Positions 27,605 to 40,449 are shown, counted from the stretch's first letter. The stretch is 64,000 nucleotides of DNA from Geosiphon pyriformis uo1 (GCA_016748015.1 JAAOMT010000200.1:866984-930983); one strand, 5' to 3'. A program made the numbers and translations. The notes: a model not told the origin generated them from the sequence alone.

Positions 27605-29504
27605 AAGTTCCAGAGTATTCATATTGAAGATTCTCTTTTTTCGACCATCCCAGTAAATTGTATGAAAAATTATCGTCGGCACTTCTTCAAGTTAATATAA
27701 TGCAAATTCGGACTCTTTACATAGATATCTAGTTCTTAATAATTAACGGTCGATAGAATTACTCGCAACTAAAGGATACGGCATATTTTTATTTCACTAT
27801 TATTTAATATTAATTGTGTATTAGCACTAGAGTAATATAATTTGGTTAGTTTTAACAAAATATTCTTAATATGTAAATTTGATAATAATAGGCTTTAATT
27901 TTTGAACCAAAAAATCTTTTTTTGTTCAAGTAAAATAAAGCTATTTGGACCTTTAAAAATATCTCACTTAATATCAAAGTGAAACTTGAAAGTCAAATAA
28001 GAACCTGTTCAATCTTTACTAACTCAACTCATACCTGATATTTACCTTAAAAATTAATAAATTTTGAGAGGAAAGAAATTAAAAGCTTGCAATAAACTAT
28101 ATTTCTCTTAACAAAATTCATTGAAATTAAAATTAACTGTTTTATTTACGCTCAAATTATTCTATTCGATTTTTTTATTTAAAGTCATCAATTTTTCCTA
28201 AAAATATCTTTTAACACTGGAAAAAATCTAATCTCTAATTTATACTTGTAATATGAATTGATAATAGAAGTTAAAATGCCAAAGTTTATTATACTAAAAA
28301 TGCTTCTATAAAATATTGCTTTTGCAAAAACTATATTTTTAATACTGCTTTAAGAAAAAACAATATTACATTGTATTTTTCATGACTTTTAGCTATTAAG
28401 CATTAAACTCTTGATGTAAAAATTTAGAATTTCTTTTTTATTGTAATCTAAGCTTAAAATTTTCTTGATAACAATAAGCATTAGAATCTGGAATGACCAA
28501 AGTGGTTTTACATAAAAATTGAAAATCAAATTTGAAAAATGCAACTTAATTATTGTTTAAATGGTTAAAGATGCTAATTTATCATCAAATAACTTCTAAA
28601 GACTGCTGAAATATTTAATCAGAGATTAATATTCTTAAATTTGTAGAATGTAGAAAATACTCTCAAAATTTTTTAAAGGAAAAAATGCCCCGATGTAAAG
28701 CTCTTTATGGTATAACACAATGGGAAAATAAAACTGCCGTTATTATAAATGTATTGTCTAAACGTTAATTTAACATTATTTATTACTATTTAAACTTCAG
28801 ATTATAAAATTCAAAGAATATTTATAGTTCAAGCAGAACAATATCTACTCCGCAACTCGCATAATATCTATATTGTTCTTTATAATTGAAATTTCCCTAT
28901 CTTCCTATTTTCGACTTAAGAATTGAAGAATGGAAACGAGATGGTGCTCGAATGAATATGAAAGATTGTTGAACATAAATTCTTTGGGAAACTATGAAAT
29001 TATCTAATATTGACCAAATTATTAATTCTTTAGCGTGTTTAAATTTGAATAATAAGAGTTGATAGTCAATTTTGTCATTTAAAAGGAATATTTGGAGGTA
29101 AAACTTATTATTAAAATGAAATACGAATGCAAAGTGAGTTATATAATTAAACATCTTTATAATTTATTCTAAAACTAGGCGAATAATTAGCAAGAGCTTA
29201 TTTGAACCTAATACAAATAAAACTTTAATTTAAAATTACTATCATTTCTATCCAAATCAATTCTGAATTTAAAAGCGTTTGTTCATAGATTGATACTTTT
29301 ACTAAGAAAACAAAAATGCTATTTTATTTCACATTCACTGAATTTCGAACATAAATCTTTCCACACATTTCACTTGTAAAGAGATTCCAAAAAAATCATA
29401 TTTAAAATCTTTAATTCAAAAGTATTTTGCATGGTAGTCATAAATTTTCTTGCATTAAGATGTTGTTAAACATCAAAAATTGAATAATAGAAATTTAAAG
29501 TTCT

Positions 29505-29785
29505 TAGCATTGTCCGTGAATAAACATGTATTCTTTGTACAACTATAACTCAAAAGTCTGTTAACGGCATTGTAAATTCATGCATTCATTCTATAATATT
29601 GTAATGCAAAGAACAATGACCTAAAACTTGCCTTTTTCGAGTAAAAATTATCAATCTTAAAATCCGTATTTAGAATATTGTTAGCATAGCTTAACAATGC
29701 ATCTGTCAAATTTATGATCGAATTAGGCTTTTTTAATATTCTGCTTAATTAGTATTGTTTCTAATCACATCTTTTTCTATAAAAC
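29505..29785 (+). promoter_or_regulatory. Promoter of peptide gene 4: HMG-box-like sites and TATA box
   Basis: CATTGT x2, ATTGTAATGCAAAGAACAATG, ATTGTTAGCATAGCTTAACAATG, TATAAAA at 29778. Confidence 0.6.
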
Positions 29786-29899
29786 TGGTCGTGCCTTCCC
29801 AATTTCTTTCATTCAATCCAACCAAAAGAACTTAAAGAAAAGGAAAAGAAACTGAATTCTCAAATTCAAATTCAAATTAAATCAAATAACTTAAACAAA

Positions 29900-30031
29900 A
29901 TGCAACCAACAACCAACAATCAATCTTCATTCAATCCACTCTCAATCATCGCTCCTGGCAACGGCTCAATTAAAGGACCAACCGGTGACCCAGACGATGG
30001 CAGTGGCACTGGTCAATGCTCAATCATGTAA
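29900..30031 (+). CDS. CaaX lipopeptide pheromone-precursor-like peptide, copy 4
   Basis: Same 43-aa product; CDS identical to copy 2. Confidence 0.9.
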   Translation: MQPTTNNQSSFNPLSIIAPGNGSIKGPTGDPDDGSGTGQCSIM

Positions 30032-33019
30032 AATTCGCAGAGTATTTATATTAAAAATTCTCTTTTTTCGACCATCCAATAATAAGTGTGAAAAATTATC
30101 GTCAGCACTTCCGAATTATATACTTTAAGTTAATGCATAGTTATCTAGCTAATAATAATCAATATTAAAGCAAAAGTCAATAGAATTATTTATAATGAAT
30201 AGATATCGCATATTTTTCTTTCATAATTTTTTAATATTAATTGTATATTAGCATTATAGTAATATAATTTGATTGGTTTTACCAAAGGTTAAATTAAATA
30301 TCCTAGTATTTAAATTTGGTAATAAAATGCTTTAATTCAAGAGCCATAAAATCTTTTTTCTCAAAACAAAATCAAGCTAATTGGACCCATAAAAGTATAT
30401 TTCTTAATGACGAAGTGAAATTTGAAAGTTAAATAAGAAACTAGTCAATTATTACTAACTCAACTCAAAGCATTCGAATATTAAGATGATCATAAACCTT
30501 GTAAAAAACCAAAACCTGAATTAAAAAGTCTTGATATTTAATTTCTGAATTTAGTTTTAAAAAACTGTGAAGTCGTTTTCACCATGCAGGAAAATATTTT
30601 AAGTTAAATCAAATTTTTAAAATATAAATTATATTACTTTTAATTGTTATTTTAATTTGAAAACTTATCAGCAAAGCAGTAGCAAAAATCTTGAATTTCT
30701 TTATATAGCTTTCAAATTATTCATATATTCAGCAAAAAAGTGAAGCTTATTCTTTTATACGATTATTCCCTACTGAATAAAGCTATTTCCCAAAGTCTAT
30801 TTTGAAACTTTCCACAGAATTAATCTAGAGCCTCTGACAAGAAAACTGCGATCATTCAATTCTCAATAGTGTGAAAATCATTAAAATCAGTCATGAAAAA
30901 TTCTATGGTTTGAATTATTTAGTTATCTTAATTGTTTGATTTCTCGCTTTTGTGTTGAAGCTGGAAATTTCGAAAAAAAAATTCAAATTATCAATTCTAA
31001 GGATTTTTTGCTTTAGCAACTTTAAAACCAAGGTTTTTTCATTGAATCTATTTGTGTATTAAATATTAATAACTTATCTACTCCATTAAAATTTCAATTC
31101 TGTAATATTATGAAATTATTTCTTAATTATTTCGGTGAATTAATAAACTGTCAAAAATAAATAAAAAAATATCTCTCTCTTTGATGCTAGGGATATTAGG
31201 CTCAATTAGATTTTTATCATATTTTATATTAATCATAACTAGATTCACTCAAAATCTTGATTTAACCTAATAAAAAATAAGCCATTTTTAGAGTGTTAGC
31301 GACATTATTAAGAAAATATTCAAGGTAACAAATACTATAAAGCTATTTATTATCATTATGATACACTATAGATAACAGGAAAATGAAACCCTATTTAACA
31401 AATATTAATGCACTTAAGCAATATTTCCTCTTTGCATAAAGAATTTCTCCAAGAAAATTTGTTCCGAAAACATATATTGATATAATTCACCAAATTCTAT
31501 TTTTATCGGATTTTTGAGCACATCATGAAAATCTTGAAATTAGAAAAACTCACCCCAACAGCTGAAACAGAGATAAACCTTTGTAAAAAGTAAACAAAAT
31601 CTATTTTATTTACCCCATATTCATCTTCAAAATTATTAAGTTTTTGAAAGCAAAGTGATTAAAAGCTTGGAATTAATATATATCATCGAATTAAAATTCA
31701 ATTATTTCTCCACACTCAAAATATTCTATGGCACTATTTTTATTTGAAGTTATGAGTTTGCTTAAAAATATTTAGAAGAAATTTAAGCCCCAATTTTTAC
31801 TTTTAATATAAATTAATAATAGAAATAAAATATCGAAGTTTATTATGCTGACAATTGAAAAAATGCCTCTAAAAACGATTGCTTTTGTGAAAGAATATAT
31901 TTTTAATACTATTTTGAACTTATAGTTATTAAGCAACAAAATTTCTGATATAAATTTAGAATTTATTTTTTATTGATGAATTTATAGCAATAAATATAAG
32001 AAAATATTTTCAAGGATTATTATTTAATATAAAATTATTTAATTTTGAATATCTCAAGATTGTCAAACAAATATTTATACAAAATTCGATATAAAATTAT
32101 CCAAAATTTAGATTCATTATTATTTAGATAGTAAAATATGTTAATTTAATCATAAAAAACTTATAGAAAATACTGTATTTCTTAATATTAACGAAAAAAT
32201 AATATACAATCAGAAAATAAAATTTTTAAATTTTCAGGGTTTAGAAAATACCCTCAAAAAATTATTAAAGAACATAAATAAACAAAGTGCAAAGCTCTTC
32301 ATGGTTAAAAACAATTGGAAAATAAAACTAAAAAGTTAAAAATGAAGCATTGTCTAAACGTTAATTTAAAATTTTTTTATTAGTATTTAAACTTCAGATT
32401 ACAAAATTCAAAAATATTTATAGTTCAAGCAGAACAATATCTACTCCGCAACTCGCATAATATCTATATTGTTCTTTATAATTGAAATTACCCTATCTTC
32501 CTATTTTCGACTTAAGAATTGAAGAATGGAAACGAGATGGTGGTCGAATGAATATGAAAGATTGTTGAACATAAATTCTTTGGGAAACTATAAAATTATC
32601 TAATATTGACCAAGTTATTTCATTCTTTAGCGTGTTTAAATTTGAATAATAAGAGTTTATAGTCAATTTTGTCATTTAAAAGGAATATTTGGAGGTAAAA
32701 CTTATTATTAAAATGAAATACGAATGCAAAGTGAGTTATATAATTAAACATCTTTATAATTTATTCTAAAACTAGGCGAATAATTAGCAAGAGGTTATTT
32801 AGACCTAATATAAATAAAAATTTAATTTAAAAATAGTGTCATTTCTACTCAAATCAATTCTAAATTTAAAAATGAAAGTCATTTTATTCCCAATATTTAA
32901 AGTATATTTGTTTAAGAAAATTTTTAAAAAAGATATCCATTCACAATCTTAGACTCAATCAAAATTTAGAGTTTGTACAACTATAACAATTTTTGAAGAA
33001 TACCCTTTTAAAAAGCCTG

Positions 33020-33260
33020 TTTATGGCATTGTAAATTCATCCATCCGTTCAATAATATTGTAGCGCAAAGAACAATGACCCAAATCTTGCCTTTTTCGAC
33101 TAAAATGGTCAATTTTAAAAGCTGATCCGTTTTTAGGATATTGTTTGCATAGCATAACAATTCATTTGTTAAATTTATGATTAAATAGAATATAATTTAA
33201 CTTTTTTAACATTCTGCTTCAATTAATATTGTTTCTTATCATTCCTTTTTCTATAAAACT
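33020..33260 (+). promoter_or_regulatory. Promoter of peptide gene 5: HMG-box-like sites and TATA box
   Basis: GGCATTGT, ATTGTAGCGCAAAGAACAATG, ATTGTTTGCATAGCATAACAAT, TATAAAA at 33252. Confidence 0.6.
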
Positions 33261-33362
33261 GATCTTGCCTTCCTAATTTCTTTTCATTCAATCCAACCAA
33301 AAGAAATAAAAGAAGAGGAATCCTCAAATTCAGTTTAAATCAAATCAAATAACTTAAACAAA

Positions 33363-33494
33363 ATGCAACCAACAACCAACAATCAATCTTCATTCAATCC
33401 ACTCTCAATTATCGCTCCTGGCAACGGCTCAATTAAAGGACCAACTGGTGACCCAGATGATGGTAGTGGCACTGGTCAATGCTCAATCATGTAA
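33363..33494 (+). CDS. CaaX lipopeptide pheromone-precursor-like peptide, copy 5
   Basis: Same 43-aa product; CDS identical to copy 1. Confidence 0.9.
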   Translation: MQPTTNNQSSFNPLSIIAPGNGSIKGPTGDPDDGSGTGQCSIM

Positions 33495-36400
33495 AAGTTG
33501 CAGAGTACTCACATTGAAGATACTCTTTTTTCGACCATCTCAATAATATGTGTGAAAAATTATCGTCAGCACTTCCGAATTATATACTTCAAGTTAATGT
33601 AATGCAAATTTAGACTCTTTACATAGATATCGAGCTCTTAATAGTCAAGATTGAAGCAGAAGTCAATAGAATTATTCATAACGAAATAATATCGCAAATA
33701 TCTCTTTCACTATTTTTTAATATTAATGGTTTATTAGCATTATAGCAATTACTTTTATACAATGTGATTGGTTTACCAAAGGTAAAATAAAACTTTGCTA
33801 ATATTTAAACTTAATAAATTAATGCCTTCACTCAGAAAAAATATTGGGTTCCTATTATCGATAAATGAAGCTAAATAGACGTTCTCAAAGTATATTCCTG
33901 GTGGCAAAGTTAATTTTGATTCAAAAACTTATATCAACTCAAAAAAAATGATTTAATTATTTTTAAATTCCAAAAAAATAGAAACTCAAATCAACAGATT
34001 GAGACTGTTACTGCTAATAAAATTTCCGATTTGAAACATGATGGCATAGAAATTATATAACTTTATATAGAAAATTTTAAATATGTTGAATCATTTTTAC
34101 TGTATGAGAAATTTTTATGGAGTGAGTTAAGACCTTAAATTAACAATTCTAACTTAAAAAGTTTATCAGAAAAGGAATGTCAAGCAATTTTAAATTTCTT
34201 GAGAATAGCAATCAAACTATACAAATATTTTTCAAATAAAAAAGTTGTTAAAAAGGAAATATGTATATTGTTAAATTATGAAATAAAATAAAAATAATGC
34301 TAAAATTAATAAAAATCTTGAAATTAAATTGAAGAAATTGCAATTATTGAATTTTCTTTACTAAAATGTAAAAGGTTTAAAATTACAAAATGTTTTAAAA
34401 TCAATTTTACATATAATTTATTTTTTTAAACAAATATATTGTTTTTATGATATTAAATATTTTTATAAGACCAATTAATTAAAATAAAATAAAATAAAAT
34501 ATTTATACAAAACCATGGCTAATCGTGTATAAAAAGTGCATAAGCCGCGTTTAATAGGGAACATGTATTTGTCGAATTTATTTAAATAGCAGCTGAATCA
34601 CACCATATGCAAAAAAACAAATTACACAAATCATTTTTATTACATTAAAAAACTATCCAATTTTTCATTGGATTCATCAAAGTAAAGGTTTTTGATATCC
34701 TTAAAATTTCTTTGATATTTACATCAGAAGTGGTTAACTCTTAGATTAGAAGTTAGCATTAATGAAGATTCCAAAACTTAGATTTACTGTCAATGATGAT
34801 CCTGGCATAAATGCCACAAATAGAAAGAAAGCTCTGGCCTTTATTGTAAAAGCTATTTTGACCGAATATCTTTAACCCCCAATTCTATTTCACAAAAATT
34901 CTCTTATGGGAAACATCATCAAAACCAATGCAAAAGCTGACTCTCAAAACTGAACCACTCTTCAGCCGATGATGATTCCACCAAATATAAAGATCGTAGT
35001 TGGAGAAAGTCCTCGTTTTATATTCAAGCAACAATTGCCTTGGGAATCGTGGATTTGTCACACATTTATGCACAGGAGAATTCTCCTTCTCTGGAATCCG
35101 GTATTTCATTAATCCTAACAAACTATTTATTACGTTTCATGTCAACAGATCAATTGGAACCAACCGATGTTCGAAATTGTCGGTATCAAATCATTTGGAA
35201 TTTAATTTTTAGTGGATCGATAAAGCGCTAATGCCTTAAACTTGGGGAAACTAGCTTCCGAAAGGTATCCCATGTATCAGGAACTGGTTTTTTTGATGTC
35301 GATGGAGCAAATCAATTCGCAATCGTGAGTAAACCAGAAATATCATGGGATGGGTTACGAAGAAGGTGTGTATATTCACTTTTGTGTTGTTTGATTCAAT
35401 ATTTTTTCTAATGATAACTTTTATTTCGATTCAAATATTGGTTTTATTTTTGTGAGAAACCGAAAATAGTCAAATTCTAGTATTTCAAGAATCTTCGTTT
35501 CCGCCTATAATACCATCTATTTACATTGCCTTTAATGATTATCTTGCAAACAAAAGAAATCAACAAAATCAACGAAGAAAGAAAAAAAGAGCTACTCATT
35601 AAATCTATAAAAAATACTTAATACTATTTTCTGTTAATGATTAAAATTTTATCTAACAAGCATCCAACTTGCAGCAGTAAAATTATGAATTGAAAATGAG
35701 TTATTGATGATATCTTAAATAATAAAATTACATTTTCGCATTCGCATAATACAATAAAATTCCGCTCTTTATGATTTAAAAATAAGAAATTCAAAGGTAT
35801 AAATTATGACTCAATATATTTTTGTGTAACTGAGCTTTCATAGGTGATCATCTAGTAGTGTTGAAAAATGTTTTTAGCAAAATGATATCATATTAAGGAT
35901 AGATGCCGCGCTCGGGGAAAAATTAATCATATTTGCTGTCTTTATTTACGGAAACCATAGAGCTAGTGAGATATTTCAATAGTCATACAGAGTAATTAAA
36001 AAACATGAATCCCTACTCCTAATTCGTTCACATCCCTTAATGCACCTTTTTGCCAACATGTTCGCTCGCTTGATGAAACGGCAAAAAACCCCTTGATGAT
36101 CATTATTATAAGTGGTAGATTTTTTAATCTCATGTTTATTGGTGTGAAAATTTCTTTGACAGTAAGAAAGAGTGCAGTCCATTTCAAGATGACTTTCATT
36201 ATTATACAAAAAAGCTTGGGAAGCTCAGCATAATTATAATTGAAATTGGGAATTGTTTGGTTCCGTGATAAATACTTGGACTAACCCTTTTAGTTGAAAT
36301 AAAAATCCTTGATTTCACAAAGCTTACTCATAAAACTTCATTCGATTTGATCCAATCTATTAAGATACAGTTTAATGTCAAATTAAAATAGTTTGTTTCT

Positions 36401-38898
36401 ATGCCTTTCGCATAACTGTACCTGTTGCCGCTCTTTTATGAAAAATCAGCTTATTAAACGACTTTAATTTTTCGGAGTCTCAAAATGGATTCACGGCAAT
36501 TACTGTTTCCACCAAAAAAATGCATCCTGTATTATTTTATCTCTCTATATCCGATTGCATTTTTAGTAGCCACTGGTAGATTAGATGTACATCATTCTCA
36601 CTTTTAGTAGTGGGTAACTCTTTAGGAAAAGGATCTTGATTTCTTAATAATAATAATGAACGAAACGAAGCAGAGCTATACCCAGTTGGTAAATTAATAA
36701 TGGAAAGCGCTGAGCTATCGATAAAAATTTCAATGGTTTTGATTAGACAATTCTCAGCTAGGGTATTTGAATATTTGTAGATTCGGTAAAGATGAACTCA
36801 AAGATGAAACAACATTGAATCTGTAACAGAAAAGAGAAAAATAATAAAATTTTCTAGTGATGGAAGTAAAAGAGCTCACAATGGTAGATTCAATTAGATT
36901 GATACATATAAATAAATATTAAATAAAGTGAATTATATAATCAGAAATCTAAACCTGACTCATTTTCGTCAGTAACTATACACTTCCAAAAAAAATTAGT
37001 TTACTTTTCAGTCGATTCATATGGGCGATCAAGAAAAATTATGTTGGCTGTTTTTTATCTTTTGCAATTAAAATATAACTTTCCTTTGCTGTTTATTTAC
37101 CAAAAAAACCCATAAAAAAGCATTCTGCTAGGTAATAAATATCATGAAACGGCATTCATCAATTTCTTAAATTTTTAGCTACACAACAGCATTAATAGAT
37201 AAACAAATGACTTTGTCATCTTCGCCCGATACATGATCTTTCCGACTGTTTTTCGGCGATAAAAAATCTAGTAATGAACTTAAAAAATCTACATGACTGC
37301 ATCACATTCTTTCTGGATGTGAAAAAAATTATATAACAAATTGCATTAAAGAATTGAAACGAATCACATAGCAAAGATCCCGTGTTTCGTATCTATGGCA
37401 GGCTTCTTCTATCATTATGGAATTGGGACGGAGGAAGTTGCTAACTTGGCTTGCAGAACTATCTGCTTTCAGCCAAAACGCGGCATTTTTATACCAGGAA
37501 GGAGATACCAAAGTAAATGGAATGTCGAATTTGAGCCTGTGCTATAGTCACGCGTTAAGACAGGTAATTTTTTAATTAATTTATTCAAAACTTGAAATCT
37601 AATGAGTCACTACGTTTATGTGGGTAAAAGAGCAATAGGTTTGTGTAGCGTCACCAAGGAGATGATTTTGGAACACAGAAGAATCTCGATAATATTTATC
37701 AACGTGATTAAAAATCACCTTATGAAAATATTTATTATGAACCGTGTCTGTATTTAGCGCAAAGGCTACCAACGACATAGTACGCTAAATGAAATTTCTA
37801 AAAACCTTTTGGAAAAATTCCTCTTTGACGTCAAAAAACCTTAAAAACAGAAAAGGCCGATTTATACATGGCAATCGGGTTTCCTTGTTTAGCGGAACTT
37901 TTTAATAGAGAGATGCATTAATTTAACTTTTAGGGTTTGCTAATAGAGCTGACAAGGTCATTTTTAAATTCCGGCTTGGTATACACATAAAACAAACCTA
38001 ATTTTATTTCGTGCCGTATATTATCGAGAAACATAATTCAAAGATGATGCTTCTGGCCATGACACAGATTCGAAAAAAATTTTCAAATCAATTCTATTTC
38101 GTAGCCATAATCCTTGTTCTATTTTTCAAAAGAATAACATTTTTTGACTCGTTCGCATTTGTGATTTCAAGATTCCCGAGGTATGATCAAATTATTTGCA
38201 TAATATTTCGAATAATACGCTAAAAGGTTTCCTATCTTTATGAAATTCTATTATCTGCTTTTAAAAATTTAGCATGCATAACCATCCATTTTCATAGAAT
38301 ATGACAAAACGGGTAAGACAATCACAGCTTTCTTACTATACCAATATCACTTCAATTGTCATTTATATTGTAAGTCCGGTTTCCAAACTTGGACAGGAAG
38401 AAAAGGGTTCTTATGAATAAGTAAAAATGATGCACAGCGTAGATGAATAATTATAAATTGTGATTTGGAACGTGGTATAGAGATTCCTGCGGGAAATTAA
38501 ACGATGGAACAAGGAAAAAAATGATTAAAGAATTATTATTATTATTATTATTATTATTATGTTATATTAACGATATGATTTATTATGAGAAGCGAGATAA
38601 TTTAAGATTTATTACACGAAATAAAAATCCTCTTGATCATTACTATGCATGCTTACGTTTTTCGATCAATTTATTTGAAAATCCTGAACAAAGTCGACAA
38701 TTGAAAAAAGAAACCGGATATTTAATCCCATGTTTTATCTGGATCCTTTGATTTTTTGACTCTTTGGCTCAATGAAGAAATCATACAAATAAGTACGGGA
38801 AAAACTTTAAAATTTTGAATTTGACCGCCAAATTTTTAAAGAGTCTTTCAATTAGCTGACTTTGGCAATAGAAACAAGTTATACTAAATAAGAATATT

Positions 38899-40039
38899 AT
38901 GGCTTTTGAAATTGATAGCATTCAGTTAACCGTTGTTATGTTTAGCGTTGTTATAAGTTTAGCTACAAGTACAGTATTAATACGATATATGTGGAAAAGG
39001 TTTACTTATCTGAGACTTGCTTGGTAAGATTTCTTTGATTGCGGTCTTTTGTTTTCAAATTGTTTTGAGTAATTAACAAAAAAAATTAACATTCTGCTTT
39101 TATATGTTCTCGACCCCTTCCCTTTTCAAAAGTGTTTTTGCAGGAATAACAATAATTCTCTTATCAACATGCAACCTTCTAAAAACCCTATTTCCAAACA
39201 CAATCTACGAAAAGTGGTATTGGTTCTGTTATGAACTTCTCTCGGGAACATACACCTCCCTAATTACAATTTTCTTATTATTCACTGGGCGACGATTTTA
39301 TGCGCCACAATCTCGACACAATAACCTTTTCAAATTTACATGTTTCTTTCTTTTGGCAACTATCATCGTACACGGGACAATTGCATTTTTTGTATTACCA
39401 CCGCTAATACAAAGTTCTTCGACGCTTTCTGAAAAGTTTGAGATAAAAAAAGAACCCAATCTGAACTCATATATTGTTCAAGTGATAGTGAGAATGCTAG
39501 TTAGCGTCTTTGGATTTTTGTATGCTTTTATGCCAGTCTTACGCTTACAATTCCGTTCCATGAAAAAGGAATATGGAAATGCAACGAAACCTGACAACAA
39601 TAATATGAACAAGTTGAATAATAATGAAGGATCAACATATGATAGAAAAGAACTCAACCCACAAAATGCCGCAGTTGGGATATGGTACATGACCACCATT
39701 ACATTATTAGTCGTATTATACATTTCGTTTTACGCATCAGTATTCATTCTTGGGATGAAGAATTCGGTAGAAGGAAGCACAAAGGCTCCATTTTTGCCAG
39801 TGAATAATGCCATTGATTTTATTTTACGGATTGGAGTCTTACTTGTTTATGGTATTCCTCCTTCTGGAGTTGTGCTGAAATTTTTGATCAAGAAGATCAA
39901 AGGTAGTAACAAGTTGAATACAAGTGATGATTTTAATATTAGTATACATGTTATAAAAAATTTTGATGAAGATAACACAACTATTAATGAAGATGTTGAA
40001 AGCAGTAGGGAAAGCCAGAAGGGCTGGTTAGATTTGTAG
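38899..40039 (+). CDS. Seven-transmembrane (GPCR-like) protein, 343 aa; exons 38899-39023 and 39133-40039
   Basis: GTAAG..AG intron joins MAFEIDSIQLTVVMFSVVISLATSTVLIRYMWKRFTYLRLAC in frame to the 39104 ORF; seven hydrophobic segments, long polar loop between helices 5 and 6, acidic Ser/Thr-rich C-tail. Confidence 0.75.
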
Positions 40040-40449
40040 AAAATTCATTAGAAAAAGTGTAGATAGTAAAAATAGGATGTAGAAAAATGTAAAAATTTAA
40101 ATTAGAGGGATTTAAAATTTCTATTACTGACATCAGGTAATGTAAAAAAAACTGATGTCGAACTTTTACTTTCTGATTAATTCTTTAAACTGTCTAATAG
40201 TTTTGACACAGTAAATTATTAATTATTAAAATACTAGCAAACTTAAAAACTGTTATTTCCCTTTTTTATAAAATTTAAAATTTTGTATTTATATGTTACT
40301 AAAATTAAGAATTTATTTTCGTTTAATAAATATATTCAGTGGGTTATTTTAATAAACTATTTTGTCTTTATAAACACATGTCTAATGAATTGAGTAAAAT
40401 TATATAAAAGCCAACTAGTCGTGAAATCTCATTTTTTTATCTGAAATAG

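Larger units (their letters stand above)
21690..34100 (+). repeat. Imperfect tandem array of five 2-3.5 kb units, each carrying one CaaX-peptide gene
   Basis: Repeated blocks (TTGTCTAAACGTTAATTT, AGAACAATATCTACTCC, CAAAGAACAATGACC, TATA box, CDS, 3' CTCTTTTTTCGACCATC) recur in the same order; boundaries approximate. Confidence 0.85.

Noticed and set aside
28897-32675. Two similar minus-strand ORFs (28897-29154 and 32493-32675)
   Set aside because: The similarity comes from duplicated intergenic DNA; the matching segment near 24690 has a deletion that breaks the frame.
21690-34100. Repeat array as a CRISPR or tandem rDNA/ncRNA array
   Set aside because: Units are kb-sized, and the conserved core shows codon-position-specific (synonymous) variation, which indicates protein coding.
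34650-37200. Exon-like minus-strand fragments between the array and the 7TM gene
   Set aside because: Composition hints at decayed coding sequence, but stops and frameshifts are frequent and I recognise no family.
38899-40039. Naming the 7TM gene STE3
   Set aside because: The topology fits a GPCR, but I cannot see Ste3 family motifs; a profile or structure search is needed.
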